A stretch of 54,608 nucleotides of DNA from Candidatus Nomurabacteria bacterium GW2011_GWE2_34_25. Lineage in GTDB: Bacteria; Patescibacteriota; Minisyncoccia; Phycocordibacterales; UBA9973. The notes under the pieces are model-generated. The model was not told the DNA's origin. It did no database searches and worked only from the letters and a program-made list of their open reading frames with translations. Location: NCBI GenBank assembly GCA_000990325.1, contig LBPS01000009.1, positions 1 through 54,608 of the forward strand, read 5' to 3'. The position numbers and the translations under genes are program-made. Each line of letters starts with the position of its first letter. Within the stretch, counting starts at the first letter, position 1. Below are positions 9,735 to 19,550 of this stretch, piece by piece.

Positions 9735-10887
9735 GATTATGTTTTAACTTCGGTATATAGTATAGCCCAGTTAGTAATATGATACCAAGAATAATGAAAA
9801 GATACTTAAATGGCAAAACTAGGAAAACCAATGTGGCTATCATCGGAGCGATTATGTAGGCGACAGGGTTCATATCCCGGAAGATTCCCAATAGATAAGC
9901 ATCTTCTTCTTTTATGTGGGTAAAGAAATAAGTTTCAGATGTTGTTTCGATAATACTTGCCCCAACACGAGTTATAAATAAAATTAATGCCCAAATGGCG
10001 ATGCTCTTAGTTGTTATAAAAGCAATAGAAAGTGTTGAAATAATTATAATTAAGAAACCAATATACAAGAGGGTCCTTTTCTGTACATGATATTTATCGA
10101 TAAGAATACCAACTGGTAAGCCTAAAATTATAAAAGGAGTAAGCATGATCGTGAATATTATTCCTATTTGAGTCCAATTAAAATTTAAATGATTATAAAG
10201 ATATATCGGAGTATAGACAACCATCCATGCAAAGAAAAATTGCAGGATAAAATTAATTACTGTTATGGCTAGTATATTATGGTTTGTTTTTAGATATTTA
10301 TAAGTTTCTAAGAATGGAGTTTTCTTGTATATTTTATCTTTGAAAGTTTTAACTGAAAAGAGTAATCCAATAGTCATTGCCATAGCCATAAAGAAAGCAA
10401 GGGTAAATATTGCCTTATATCCACCTTCTTTCGTAATTAAAAACACAGCAATAAGAGGGGAGGCCATCCATGCGATATTTATAATAGTAAGATAAAGTCC
10501 TCTCGTTTTTCCTATGGTTAATGGATCACTAAAATGTTCAATAAATATATCAATACAGAAGAATACTAGAGTGTTTGTCGTGGTGAACAATACAAAAGAA
10601 GTCCCTATAATGTAAGGGTTACTACTGGTTATAAGTCCTAAAAGAGCAATAATATTTATCAAAAGAAACACGATGGTTGATTTTTTATTTCCAAAATTTT
10701 TTAAAATACTCGAGCTTTTTGTTAAGAGGATAAGAGTAATGAGCGATGCTATCGTATACAAAATTCCTATGAAGCTTTCCTTCATAATTCCAGTTAAGAA
10801 AATAGAACTGATGTAGGCAGAAATTGAAATATGCAAAGTAAATATAAATGACAAAGCATACATTCTTTTTAATTTAGGTGATTTCAT
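9709..10887 (-). CDS. MFS transporter
   Basis: About 12 hydrophobic segments, GILIDKY loop motif. Confidence 0.85.
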   Translation of the reverse strand: MKSPKLKRMYALSFIFTLHISISAYISSIFLTGIMKESFIGILYTIASLITLILLTKSSSILKNFGNKKSTIVFLLINIIALLGLITSSNPYIIGTSFVLFTTTNTLVFFCIDIFIEHFSDPLTIGKTRGLYLTIINIAWMASPLIAVFLITKEGGYKAIFTLAFFMAMAMTIGLLFSVKTFKDKIYKKTPFLETYKYLKTNHNILAITVINFILQFFFAWMVVYTPIYLYNHLNFNWTQIGIIFTIMLTPFIILGLPVGILIDKYHVQKRTLLYIGFLIIIISTLSIAFITTKSIAIWALILFITRVGASIIETTSETYFFTHIKEEDAYLLGIFRDMNPVAYIIAPMIATLVFLVLPFKYLFIILGIILLTGLYYIPKLKHNHGISNTNK

Positions 10888-10894
10888 GTATATT

Positions 10895-12880
10895 TTAAAT
10901 ACTTAATAATACTGGTATAACAAGTGGTCTTTTTGCAGTCTTTTGGAATAAAAACTTAGATATATTGTCTCCTAAGTTTGTTTTAATATTGTCAAAATTG
11001 ACTGGATTCATCCCAGCTGTTCCATCTTCAATAGTTTTCTTTATTATTATTCTAACCTGATGAAGCAATTCTTGATTCTCTTTTAGATAGATGAATCCTC
11101 TAGAGATTATATCTGGTGATTTACGAAGCTTACCAGTGTTAGAATCAATTGTTGCAATAAGAACGAACATGCCGTCTTGGGCAAGCATCACCCTGTCTCT
11201 TATAACTACATCTTGTTCGTCCCCGATAGAGAAGCCATCAACCATCATTGCCCCGGATGGAGCCTTCTCTTTACGTAGAATCATTTTAGATCCATTGTCC
11301 ACTATCTCTATAATAGAGCCATTATCTGGAACTATGATGTTTTCTTCTGACATTCCGATAGACATGGCAACTTCTTTGTGTTTAACAAGCATTGAATGCC
11401 ATCCATGAATAGGGATAAAGAACTTGGGATGCGTCTTCTTGTGTAGCCATTTTATATCTTCTTGATTTCCGTGACCTGTAGCGTGAATTGTATCTTCACT
11501 TGTTCTATAACTTATAATTCTTATGCCGTGACGGGTTAGATTGTCTTTTAGATGTTGAACGGCGATTTCATTACCGGGGACTATGGACGATGATAAGATG
11601 ATAGTATCTCCGGGACGAATAGTGAACTTCTTGTGAGTTTTATTGGCAGCACGATTTAAGGCGGCGAATTCTTCCCCTTGAGCACCAGTCATCATTATAA
11701 GTATTTTATTTGGAGGGTAATTATCTACGTCTTCTATGGGGATAATTGTTCCTTTCTTGGGTGTGAAGATTCCAGCAGTTTCACATACTTCCATGTTTGT
11801 CTTTAGTGATCTTCCATCGAGGACAACTTTTTTACCCAGGGATTCAGCTATCTCTACAATCTTCATTAGACGAGTAATAGAAGAAGCGAAAGCAGATATG
11901 ATTATTCTACCGGTTCCTTGTCGAATTAATTTACCCAATCCCTCATGAACCCAAGCTTCTGGAATAGAAAATCCCTCGTTTTCAATATTGGTCGAATCAG
12001 TCAAAAGTAAAAGAACTTTTTCTTTGTCAAAAAAGGCGTATTCCTTTTCCTCTTCATCGGAGACCACACCGTTTATTTGATCAAGTTTAAAGTCTCCTGG
12101 GGTGACGATTGAACCATAAGGAGTTTCAATGACAATTCCCATTGAATCAGGCATTGTGTGGGTTACACCAAAGAAACGGATACGTAATTTCCCAGCATAA
12201 ATCACAGAATCTTTCTCAACGATGTGTGCATTTAAAGGAGGTAGGTGAGAGAATTCTTCCTGACGTTTCTTCATAACTAAAATAGAAAGATTTCGAGAGT
12301 AGAGTGGAGGATTGCCAATACGACTCATAACAAGCGGAATTCCACCAATATGGTCCAAGTGACCATGGGTGACGAGCATCGCTCTTATCTTATCCTTACG
12401 TTCTTCCAAATATGTTGTATTTGGAATGATATAATCAATTCCAGGAGTATCTTCTGTTTTAAATTGCATGCCAGCATCAATGACGATAATATCATCACCG
12501 ATTTCTATAGCAGTCATGTTCTTGCCTATTTCTTCAGCTCCACCTAGAGGAATTATACGAATAGTCCCAGGAGCTGGTGGAGGAATCAGAATCATTTTGT
12601 TTTTCCTAACGACGACGGCATTTTCTTTGGGTGGAACAGGTGTTCCAGCACGAGGTCTTCGTCCTCCTTTGCTATTACCATACTGGTAACTCCCACGACT
12701 CATAGGTTTATTATTTTTAGGATTTACTTGTGTTTGTTGTGGAAGAGTAGATATCTTAGCCACGGTTCCATTTTTGGGAATCCCTGGTTTATGTATTACT
12801 CTAATGTTGTTTGTTTTTCGAAACGCGAAATTATTATTTCTATTAGCACCACTCTGTGGCGTCTTTGTTTTATTGTCCAT
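10895..12880 (-). CDS. rnj: Ribonuclease J with ~100-aa basic low-complexity N-terminal extension
   Basis: PLGGAEEIGKN, THGHLDHIGG, TGAQGE, HATGH, FIPIHG. Confidence 0.95.
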   Translation of the reverse strand: MDNKTKTPQSGANRNNNFAFRKTNNIRVIHKPGIPKNGTVAKISTLPQQTQVNPKNNKPMSRGSYQYGNSKGGRRPRAGTPVPPKENAVVVRKNKMILIPPPAPGTIRIIPLGGAEEIGKNMTAIEIGDDIIVIDAGMQFKTEDTPGIDYIIPNTTYLEERKDKIRAMLVTHGHLDHIGGIPLVMSRIGNPPLYSRNLSILVMKKRQEEFSHLPPLNAHIVEKDSVIYAGKLRIRFFGVTHTMPDSMGIVIETPYGSIVTPGDFKLDQINGVVSDEEEKEYAFFDKEKVLLLLTDSTNIENEGFSIPEAWVHEGLGKLIRQGTGRIIISAFASSITRLMKIVEIAESLGKKVVLDGRSLKTNMEVCETAGIFTPKKGTIIPIEDVDNYPPNKILIMMTGAQGEEFAALNRAANKTHKKFTIRPGDTIILSSSIVPGNEIAVQHLKDNLTRHGIRIISYRTSEDTIHATGHGNQEDIKWLHKKTHPKFFIPIHGWHSMLVKHKEVAMSIGMSEENIIVPDNGSIIEIVDNGSKMILRKEKAPSGAMMVDGFSIGDEQDVVIRDRVMLAQDGMFVLIATIDSNTGKLRKSPDIISRGFIYLKENQELLHQVRIIIKKTIEDGTAGMNPVNFDNIKTNLGDNISKFLFQKTAKRPLVIPVLLSI

Positions 12881-12908
12881 ATTTTTATATTAGTTTTTAA
12901 TGTTTTTA

Positions 12909-14705
12909 TTATTTGGTAAAGATTTTCCAGACGTGATCAGTATTTGCATACCAAGTATAAACAGATGCAAATCTATCCGAAGGATTTATTAATGTATTTA
13001 TATTTATATTATTTAGGTTTTTTGTAGTCGCATACAAGTATTTTGGAGAATATATTAATAAAGCAGGCAGGTCTTTATTAAATTCTTCAATAAAAATTTT
13101 ATACTTAGTTATTCTATCTTCAGTTGCAATTGTTTTTTGGGCATCTTCTAGTATTTTGTCTACTTTAGAATTACTATACATAGAGATATTTAGCCCTGGG
13201 TCTTTCTTTTGTGACGAATGCCAGAATAAAAATAGATCGGATTCATGATTGATTCTTTGACCAAAGAAGAGTGCTTCATATTCACGATTTTGGATAATTT
13301 TATTTAAGGGTCCTATTTCATAAACTTTCTCTGTATTGACGCGTACACCAATTGCCTTTAATTGATTTTTAATTATTTCAGTAGATTGCTTAAATTCTGG
13401 TGTATCTAGAGTGGTTAACGAAAATTCAAGTGTAACTAATTGACCGTTGTTAACTTTAACTTTTTCAGTTATTGTTTTTTTACCTACTTTTTTAGTTTTG
13501 TCTATCGTCGTTATTCCTCCTTTGGTACGGAATCCATCATCTCCTAGGATCCATCCACTCTTGTTTAGAAGTTCATTTGCCTTGTTTATAGAATCAGAAT
13601 CTATATTAATTGCTCCATCATTTTTCAGAATAGTTTCTGGAATTGGATTTTCTGCTATTGTCCCATACCCATATAGAACCTGTTCGATAATTTCTTTTCT
13701 ATTTAATGCATAGTTAAAAGCCATTACAACGTTTGGGTCAGTAAATATTTTGTTATTCGTACTGTTGTAAAATAATCCAAATATTCTTGGGGTAGAAGTT
13801 GTGTATATAACATGAGAATTTTTATCTAGAGCGATTGCATTTATAGGACTTATTCCACCCGCTTGGTCTATTGATCCATTAGATATAGCCTCTATTAAAT
13901 CCTTCTCATTTGAGAAAGATTTAATATGGAGTGTTTTAATATTGGGAACATCAAGGGCAAAATCTGAAAAACTTTTTAATATATATTCTTCAGGAATTCC
14001 ATCTTTATTTTTTATTACGGATTTAATTTTGTAAGGTCCTGAGCCGATAGCTTTAATATTAAAAGGGGAGATACTAAATTGAGATTCTTTCTCTTTCCAT
14101 ATATGCATTGGTAATATTCCTATGGTCATATTGTCTAGAAAAGATATGTAGGTTTTATTTAAAGTAAATATTACAGTTCTATCATCTTTTTTTTCTACTG
14201 TTACCCCATTCCATCCTGTGCGGGGACTTTTAATAGTAGGGTCTTTTATTTTATCAATAGTGAAAACTACATCATCTGCTGTTACTGGTTTTCCGTCGTG
14301 AAAACGAGCGTCTTTCTTTATTATGAATGTATAAGTAAGTCCATCAGGGGAGATTGTATAAGATTCTGCTAGGTCGAGTATATATGTTCCATCAGGAGAT
14401 CTCCTTACAAGTCCGCTATAAACGAGAGATACTAAATCTTTATCTGCATCAGATAGAGCAAGTACTGGGTTCACTAGTGTGGGCATACCGATAATCCCTT
14501 CTGTGATAGACCCACCCTTCATGGGCACATCAACCAGAAATTTATTGTTTAAATTATTCAAAATAATAAGCATAGAAACAAAAGCCACAATCAGAGCAAC
14601 TGTAAAAATATAAAATTCTTTTTTAGAGAATGATACTAGTGCATCTCTAAGGTTTTGTTTTTTGGGAATTCGAAATTCTTTTATAAATGAAAGAAATTTA
14701 TGCAT
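12909..14705 (-). CDS. Peptide ABC transporter substrate-binding protein (family 5), membrane anchored
   Basis: LVYSGL..DLAESYTISPDGLTYTF..FHDGKPVTADDVVFT, GSGPYK. Confidence 0.9.
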   Translation of the reverse strand: MHKFLSFIKEFRIPKKQNLRDALVSFSKKEFYIFTVALIVAFVSMLIILNNLNNKFLVDVPMKGGSITEGIIGMPTLVNPVLALSDADKDLVSLVYSGLVRRSPDGTYILDLAESYTISPDGLTYTFIIKKDARFHDGKPVTADDVVFTIDKIKDPTIKSPRTGWNGVTVEKKDDRTVIFTLNKTYISFLDNMTIGILPMHIWKEKESQFSISPFNIKAIGSGPYKIKSVIKNKDGIPEEYILKSFSDFALDVPNIKTLHIKSFSNEKDLIEAISNGSIDQAGGISPINAIALDKNSHVIYTTSTPRIFGLFYNSTNNKIFTDPNVVMAFNYALNRKEIIEQVLYGYGTIAENPIPETILKNDGAINIDSDSINKANELLNKSGWILGDDGFRTKGGITTIDKTKKVGKKTITEKVKVNNGQLVTLEFSLTTLDTPEFKQSTEIIKNQLKAIGVRVNTEKVYEIGPLNKIIQNREYEALFFGQRINHESDLFLFWHSSQKKDPGLNISMYSNSKVDKILEDAQKTIATEDRITKYKIFIEEFNKDLPALLIYSPKYLYATTKNLNNININTLINPSDRFASVYTWYANTDHVWKIFTK

Positions 14706-14756
14706 AATGCACTCTTTGAGAGTTAAATTGTTAGTTGTTATATTATGTAGAAAATA

Positions 14757-14990
14757 CTACTTAATGAATATTGCTACAAGAGATGAAGCTGTCAGTAGAA
14801 TAGCAACAATAATAGTAAAAATGAAAAGAAACTTTTCAAATCCACGACGTGTATGGTAAAGGCCCCCCGAATCTCCTCCTCCAAGTATTCCTCCTACTCC
14901 CGCATCAGAATGTTGTAGTAGGATAGCGGCAATAAGGATAATAGATAGTATTATTTGTATATAAGGCAATATATTAGCAATAATCGTCAT
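14757..14990 (-). CDS. secG: Preprotein translocase subunit SecG
   Basis: ILLQHSDAGVGGILGG..TRRGFEKFLF, two TM helices. Confidence 0.9.
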   Translation of the reverse strand: MTIIANILPYIQIILSIILIAAILLQHSDAGVGGILGGGDSGGLYHTRRGFEKFLFIFTIIVAILLTASSLVAIFIK

Positions 14991-15035
14991 AAGTTACATG
15001 GTACTATATTTTACTTAATTTTGCAAGAAAATATA

Positions 15036-15905
15036 CTAATCATTGGGTTCAACGTGTATAAGAATATTGGAAATTTCGGGTATTTCTGTTTGGAGTTGGT
15101 CTTTAAGTTTATGAGAGATAGCATGTCCTTCTTTGACAGAAATTTCTCCTTTGACTTTTATATGCAGGTCTATGTAGTATTTCATCCCAGCTTTTCTTGC
15201 GAAACATTTTTCTGTTCCTAATACACCATTTACTCTAATAGAACATTCTCGTATTTTATCTATAATTTCTTTATTTATATGTTCGTCCATTACTTCACTT
15301 AGAGCAGGCCTAAAGATTAAGTAACAATTATAAAGAATGAAGCCTGCTGCGAAAAGAGCAGCCCAGTCGTCGGCAGATTCAAAACCTTTACCAAAAATCA
15401 AAGCAATAGTAATACCTATAAAAGCGGCCACAGAGGTTATAGCGTCACTTCTGTGGTGCCATGCATCAGCTTTTAGCGATGAGCTTTTCGTTTCTATACT
15501 CTTTTTTATAACTAATCTATATGAGATTTCTTTCCAAATAATTATTCCCGCTAGAACGAAAAGAGTATATAAGCGAGGCAATTCATGTGGAGTCCCGATA
15601 TTTATAATAGCCTGACGAGCAATAATACTTGCAGAAATTACTAAGAATCCTACAATAGCAAAAGTTACAAGAGGCTCGATACGACCGTGTCCGTATGGAT
15701 GGTTTTCATCTGCTGGTTTATTTGAGTATTTAATTCCAATTAAAACTAAGGTAGAAGAAAATATATCGGTAGTTGATTCGATGGCATCTGCGATGAGAGC
15801 GTATGAATTACCAAAATATCCCGCGACCCATTTAATGATAGAAAGTATGGTATTACTTATAATACTGAAGTATGCTGTTTTTGTGGCGGTACGCTCGAGA
15901 GACAT
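15036..15905 (-). CDS. Cation diffusion facilitator (FieF-like)
   Basis: SYALIADAIES, PADENHPYGHGRIE, ADAWHHRSD, HVEP. Confidence 0.92.
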   Translation of the reverse strand: MSLERTATKTAYFSIISNTILSIIKWVAGYFGNSYALIADAIESTTDIFSSTLVLIGIKYSNKPADENHPYGHGRIEPLVTFAIVGFLVISASIIARQAIINIGTPHELPRLYTLFVLAGIIIWKEISYRLVIKKSIETKSSSLKADAWHHRSDAITSVAAFIGITIALIFGKGFESADDWAALFAAGFILYNCYLIFRPALSEVMDEHINKEIIDKIRECSIRVNGVLGTEKCFARKAGMKYYIDLHIKVKGEISVKEGHAISHKLKDQLQTEIPEISNILIHVEPND

Positions 15906-16012
15906 AAGGGTAGTTTAGCATGAAAAAATTGAGAGAGGAAATTATATAATAGAGGAATAAAATTAAAAGTAGTACTAGTAATTTATATCTTTTTTTGCTA
16001 GTATGTTTTTAT

Positions 16013-16097
16013 GCCCAGGTGGCGGAATTGGTATACGCGCTAGTCTTAGGAACTAGTGGAGCAATCCTTGGAGGTTCAAGTCCTCTTCTGGGCACCA
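16013..16097 (+). tRNA. tRNA-Leu (TAG), CCA encoded
   Basis: GCCCAGG/TCTGGGC acceptor, CTAGT-CTTAGGA-ACTAG anticodon arm, long variable arm, GTTCAAG. Confidence 0.95.
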
Positions 16098-16136
16098 TAT
16101 TAAAAAACACTATTTTATAGTGTTTTTTAATATGGT
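16094..16136 (+). terminator. Long perfect hairpin starting at the tRNA-Leu 3' end
   Basis: ACCATATTAAAAAACACTA-TTTTA-TAGTGTTTTTTAATATGGT. Confidence 0.7.
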
Positions 16137-16195
16137 ATGGCTATTGACTTAAAATTAAGATTCAGTTTTAATAGAGGAAACTAATAAAATAAAAA

Positions 16196-16849
16196 ATGGA
16201 AACAACACGAACTTTTTCGTCCTTATCAGAGCTAGGAGAGGAAACTCTCCGTTCTGGTGATTTACTTTTATTTCCAGGGTATAAATATCTTGTAGCCCCA
16301 AGTTCTTTACTAAATGAGGTAAAAGATGGTGATCATGACGCTATCTTTATATTTCTTAAAATAGAAGACAAGTATAAATTTTGTGAAGACATCTACGGGT
16401 ATCCTTCTTGCGAACAATGCCAAATGACTGGTCAATTTCCTCCCTCACAGGAACATGACTATGAGTCTTTAACCAAATTGGCTAAAGAATTTTGGATTTT
16501 GTTTCAAAAAAGGAAAAAAGTTTTCCGTAGCTCCAAAGATTTTAAGAATAGAGAAGTCGTCAAACTTAACGACGAGTTTATCATTGATGGAATGGAATAT
16601 GTAGTTTGGTCAAACACGTTATTTAGGAAATATGCGAAAGATCCAAACAAAATTTTTAAAACTCTTTTAATCTGGAATGGTAAAGAATATTGCGATAAGC
16701 GATATAAGTATTCTATGCCTTCTACTCTAGGTTTTCCTAATTATAAAGAACATGATTATATCGCTGCAACGTCAGTTATAATATCATTTATGAGAAGGTG
16801 GGAAAGATGGAGTTTTTTCTTTAAATTTGTAAATAAGTACCTTCGTTAA
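16196..16849 (+). CDS. Hypothetical protein made of two ~100-aa internal repeats
   Basis: Halves share Y.V, IF..L, C...Y.Y, FP...EHDY; putative promoter TTGACT-17-TTTAAT at 16144-16172. Confidence 0.7.
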   Translation: METTRTFSSLSELGEETLRSGDLLLFPGYKYLVAPSSLLNEVKDGDHDAIFIFLKIEDKYKFCEDIYGYPSCEQCQMTGQFPPSQEHDYESLTKLAKEFWILFQKRKKVFRSSKDFKNREVVKLNDEFIIDGMEYVVWSNTLFRKYAKDPNKIFKTLLIWNGKEYCDKRYKYSMPSTLGFPNYKEHDYIAATSVIISFMRRWERWSFFFKFVNKYLR

Positions 16850-16866
16850 TGTCGTTAATAATGTAC

Positions 16867-16902
16867 AAGAAGCAAAAATCTAAATCTTGATTTTTGCTTC
16901 TT
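16867..16902. terminator. Bidirectional terminator between the hypothetical gene and tRNA-Cys
   Basis: AAGAAGCAAAAATC...GATTTTTGCTTCTT followed by a T-run. Confidence 0.75.
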
Positions 16903-16908
16903 TTTTTG

Positions 16909-16980
16909 AGGCCTGGGGCGGAATTGAACCGCCGCATAGAGATTTTGCAGATCTCTGCCTTACCACTTGGCTACCAGGCC
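16909..16980 (-). tRNA. tRNA-Cys (GCA), CCA not encoded
   Basis: Reverse complement GGCCTGG..GAGAT-CTGCAAA-ATCTC..GTTCAAT..CCAGGCC-T. Confidence 0.95.
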
Positions 16981-16995
16981 GATATTTAAATCGGA

Positions 16996-17098
16996 GTTGA
17001 ATAATCTTTGAGAAGGGGCCGGCGGAGGTCGACGGACCGAGCAATGAGCAAATTTTCAGCAGAAAATTATGCGGACCCTTCGAGAAGAGTTATTCAAC
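16996..17098. repeat. GC-rich structured element with inner TTTTC-AGCA-GAAAA hairpin
   Basis: Terminal GTTGAATAA/TTATTCAAC, GAAGGG/CCCTTC; 14-mer TTTTCAGCAGAAAA shared with 53798-53811. Confidence 0.6.
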
Positions 17099-17125
17099 GT
17101 AGATTCTCTTCTCAATTCTCTTATC

Positions 17126-17452
17126 CTAACCTTGAATCAACAATTCGTCAATTCGTTGACGATTCTTTTCTCCCTCATCTATTTGTACTTCAAGAAAGGG
17201 GATAGGGTTTATCTTGAGCCATTTCTTCACGTGTTTACGTAAGTCTCCTAAGTTCCTTCTTATGAATCCAAAGGCAGCATTCTCTTTCTCTCGAGGAAGG
17301 ACGCTTATCATTATCTTGGCTCTTTTATTGTCAGGAGAAAGAAGCACCCTCGTGACAGTGATAAGAGAAGTAGGACCCGCTTCTCTTTCGATGAAAGTAG
17401 CAGCAAGCTCCTTGATGTGGTTTGTAATTTTCTCTGTTCGATATTCTGACAT
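17126..17452 (-). CDS. rbfA: Ribosome-binding factor A
   Basis: ITVTRVLLSPDNKRAKIMIS..IPFLEVQID..RIDELL; downstream of infB. Confidence 0.88.
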   Translation of the reverse strand: MSEYRTEKITNHIKELAATFIEREAGPTSLITVTRVLLSPDNKRAKIMISVLPREKENAAFGFIRRNLGDLRKHVKKWLKINPIPFLEVQIDEGEKNRQRIDELLIQG

Positions 17453-17488
17453 AGTAGATATGATTTATTTTCTACGGAAATATTATAA

Positions 17489-19012
17489 TTATTTAATGAC
17501 GACAATAAAAGCTTCAAGTACATCTCCGGGAGCAATTGTTATCTTTGTTTCTACTTGTACTCCACACTCACTTTCCTCAAGGACTTCCTTGGCTTTTATT
17601 TTATTCTGCTGAAGCTCCACTATCTTACCATGTCCTATTTCAAAGTCACGACGCATAATACGGACTTGGCCACCATTTACGATTCTACCATTGACAACTT
17701 TCCCTCCGACGACTTGCTTGTCTTTTGTTGATCCAAAAGTCCTTATTATTTTTAGAGACCCTGTCACCTCGATTGTTTCCACTCTTGGTCTTCTTTCTTC
17801 TATCAATATTTTAAGCCAGTCTGTAAGTTTGTAGATAATATCAAAGACTTCTACGTTTATTTTCAAAGTTTCATTTAGGTCGCGTGCTCCAGCATCAAGC
17901 TTAGTATTGAATCCGACAACAATAGTCTCCTTGTTGGCATTGGCCATTTTAAGATCAGATTCATTGATAGCCCCAACTCCAAAACTGATAATTTTATAAG
18001 AGATCTCTTCATTATTTAATTTACCGATTTCTTTTTCTATTGCTTCCATTGATCCAACAACATCAGTTTTAATTATTATAGGAATTATTTTTCCCGTAGG
18101 AGCTATGTATTTGTTCTGTGTCTTGTTTTCAAGTAGAGCACTCTTCATTATTTCTATATAATTTTCTGCTTCTTTTTTACTCCCAAATGATTCAAAAGTA
18201 TTTCCGACTTCTGGCATTGATTCAAAACCTGTAAGTAAGATAGGGGAGGAGAAAGTTGCTTCCTTAATAGGTTTACCTTGGAAGTTTTCCATCATGCGAG
18301 TTGAGACAAGTGCAGTTCCTGCAACGACAATCATACCCGATTTAAGTGTTCCATTCTTTATAATGCATGTAGCAGAAATTCCACGCTTTGGTTCACGATT
18401 TGCTTCAATAATTATTCCTGAAGCATTTAAAGATGAGTCTCCTGTGAATGCTTGTATATCAGAAACTAAAAGAATCATATCGAGGAGTTCGTTTACTCCA
18501 GTACCTACTTTAGCTGATATTGGTACAAATGGGATGTCTCCACCTAATCCTTCTAGATAAATACCTTTTTCTACAAGGTCCATTTTGGTTTTTTCTATAT
18601 TTGCATTTGGTCTGTCTATCTTATTGATAGCGACGATGTAGGGGATCGAACTTTCTATGATTGTATTGTAAGCTTCAAGGGTTTGAGCTTTTACAGAGTC
18701 TTCTGCAGAAACAACCAATATCGCGATATCAGCAGCCAGTGCACCTCGAGCACGCATTTTAGAGAAAGCTTCGTGTCCTGGAGTATCTAAAAAAGTTATT
18801 TTTCTATCCGATCCCCCCTCATCTTTGTGTTTTACTTCATATGCACTGATTGATTGGGTTATACCTCCTGCTTCACCTTCCACAATGTTTGATTTACGGA
18901 TGTAGTCAAGTAGGGTAGACTTGCCGTGATCAACATGCCCCATGACAACAACCACAGGTGGACGTACCTTTTCGCTAGAATTGTTATTCTTATTTATCTG
19001 ATTTGTATTCAT
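17489..19012 (-). CDS. infB: Translation initiation factor IF-2 lacking the N-terminal domain
   Basis: RPPVVVVMGHVDHGKS, DTPGHEAF, INKID; ATG at 19012 chosen to avoid overlap. Confidence 0.96.
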   Translation of the reverse strand: MNTNQINKNNNSSEKVRPPVVVVMGHVDHGKSTLLDYIRKSNIVEGEAGGITQSISAYEVKHKDEGGSDRKITFLDTPGHEAFSKMRARGALAADIAILVVSAEDSVKAQTLEAYNTIIESSIPYIVAINKIDRPNANIEKTKMDLVEKGIYLEGLGGDIPFVPISAKVGTGVNELLDMILLVSDIQAFTGDSSLNASGIIIEANREPKRGISATCIIKNGTLKSGMIVVAGTALVSTRMMENFQGKPIKEATFSSPILLTGFESMPEVGNTFESFGSKKEAENYIEIMKSALLENKTQNKYIAPTGKIIPIIIKTDVVGSMEAIEKEIGKLNNEEISYKIISFGVGAINESDLKMANANKETIVVGFNTKLDAGARDLNETLKINVEVFDIIYKLTDWLKILIEERRPRVETIEVTGSLKIIRTFGSTKDKQVVGGKVVNGRIVNGGQVRIMRRDFEIGHGKIVELQQNKIKAKEVLEESECGVQVETKITIAPGDVLEAFIVVIK

Positions 19013-19019
19013 ATATAAT

Positions 19020-19463
19020 TTATTTTGATTTTTCCAAGACCTCTTTTTCTTCCGCTGAAAGTTCAAATTCGGATTTACCTCCAACTATAGGTTTTGCAAA
19101 AATACTCATACGATCACGAGCATAAAGACTAGACATCACTACTCCGTTTCCTTCATCATTTATAAATGAGATTGCGAAACTTTGATTGCTCCCAGCTTCT
19201 AAAAATGGATTGAATCGTACTGTTTCTACTTTTCGAATAGATTTATCTAATCGTCTATCTATTATTACTAAGTGCTCGTCGATCTTTTTTTGAGATTCAT
19301 CTAGCTCTTTCATTTGTTTACCCAAAAGAAGCATGACTTCTTCAAGATTGCGGGCCTTGGTTCCAGCAAAAAACTTTTTGAATCTGTATTCTGTCAGGTT
19401 TACCCATAATAACAATATAACTAAGATACCTGATAGAATATAAATAAGAATAGACATAGTCAT
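19020..19463 (-). CDS. DUF4446-like membrane-anchored protein
   Basis: N-terminal TM, VRFNPF..GSNQSFAI..GNGVVMSSLYARD..FAKP..LSAEE. Confidence 0.8.
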   Translation of the reverse strand: MTMSILIYILSGILVILLLWVNLTEYRFKKFFAGTKARNLEEVMLLLGKQMKELDESQKKIDEHLVIIDRRLDKSIRKVETVRFNPFLEAGSNQSFAISFINDEGNGVVMSSLYARDRMSIFAKPIVGGKSEFELSAEEKEVLEKSK

Positions 19464-19550
19464 AACTTAAAAGAGTATATACTAATAAGGCCTTTTTTAC
19501 AACTCTTTTTCGTGTAAGGTCAAATTTAGACTCTATGATATAATTAATAT

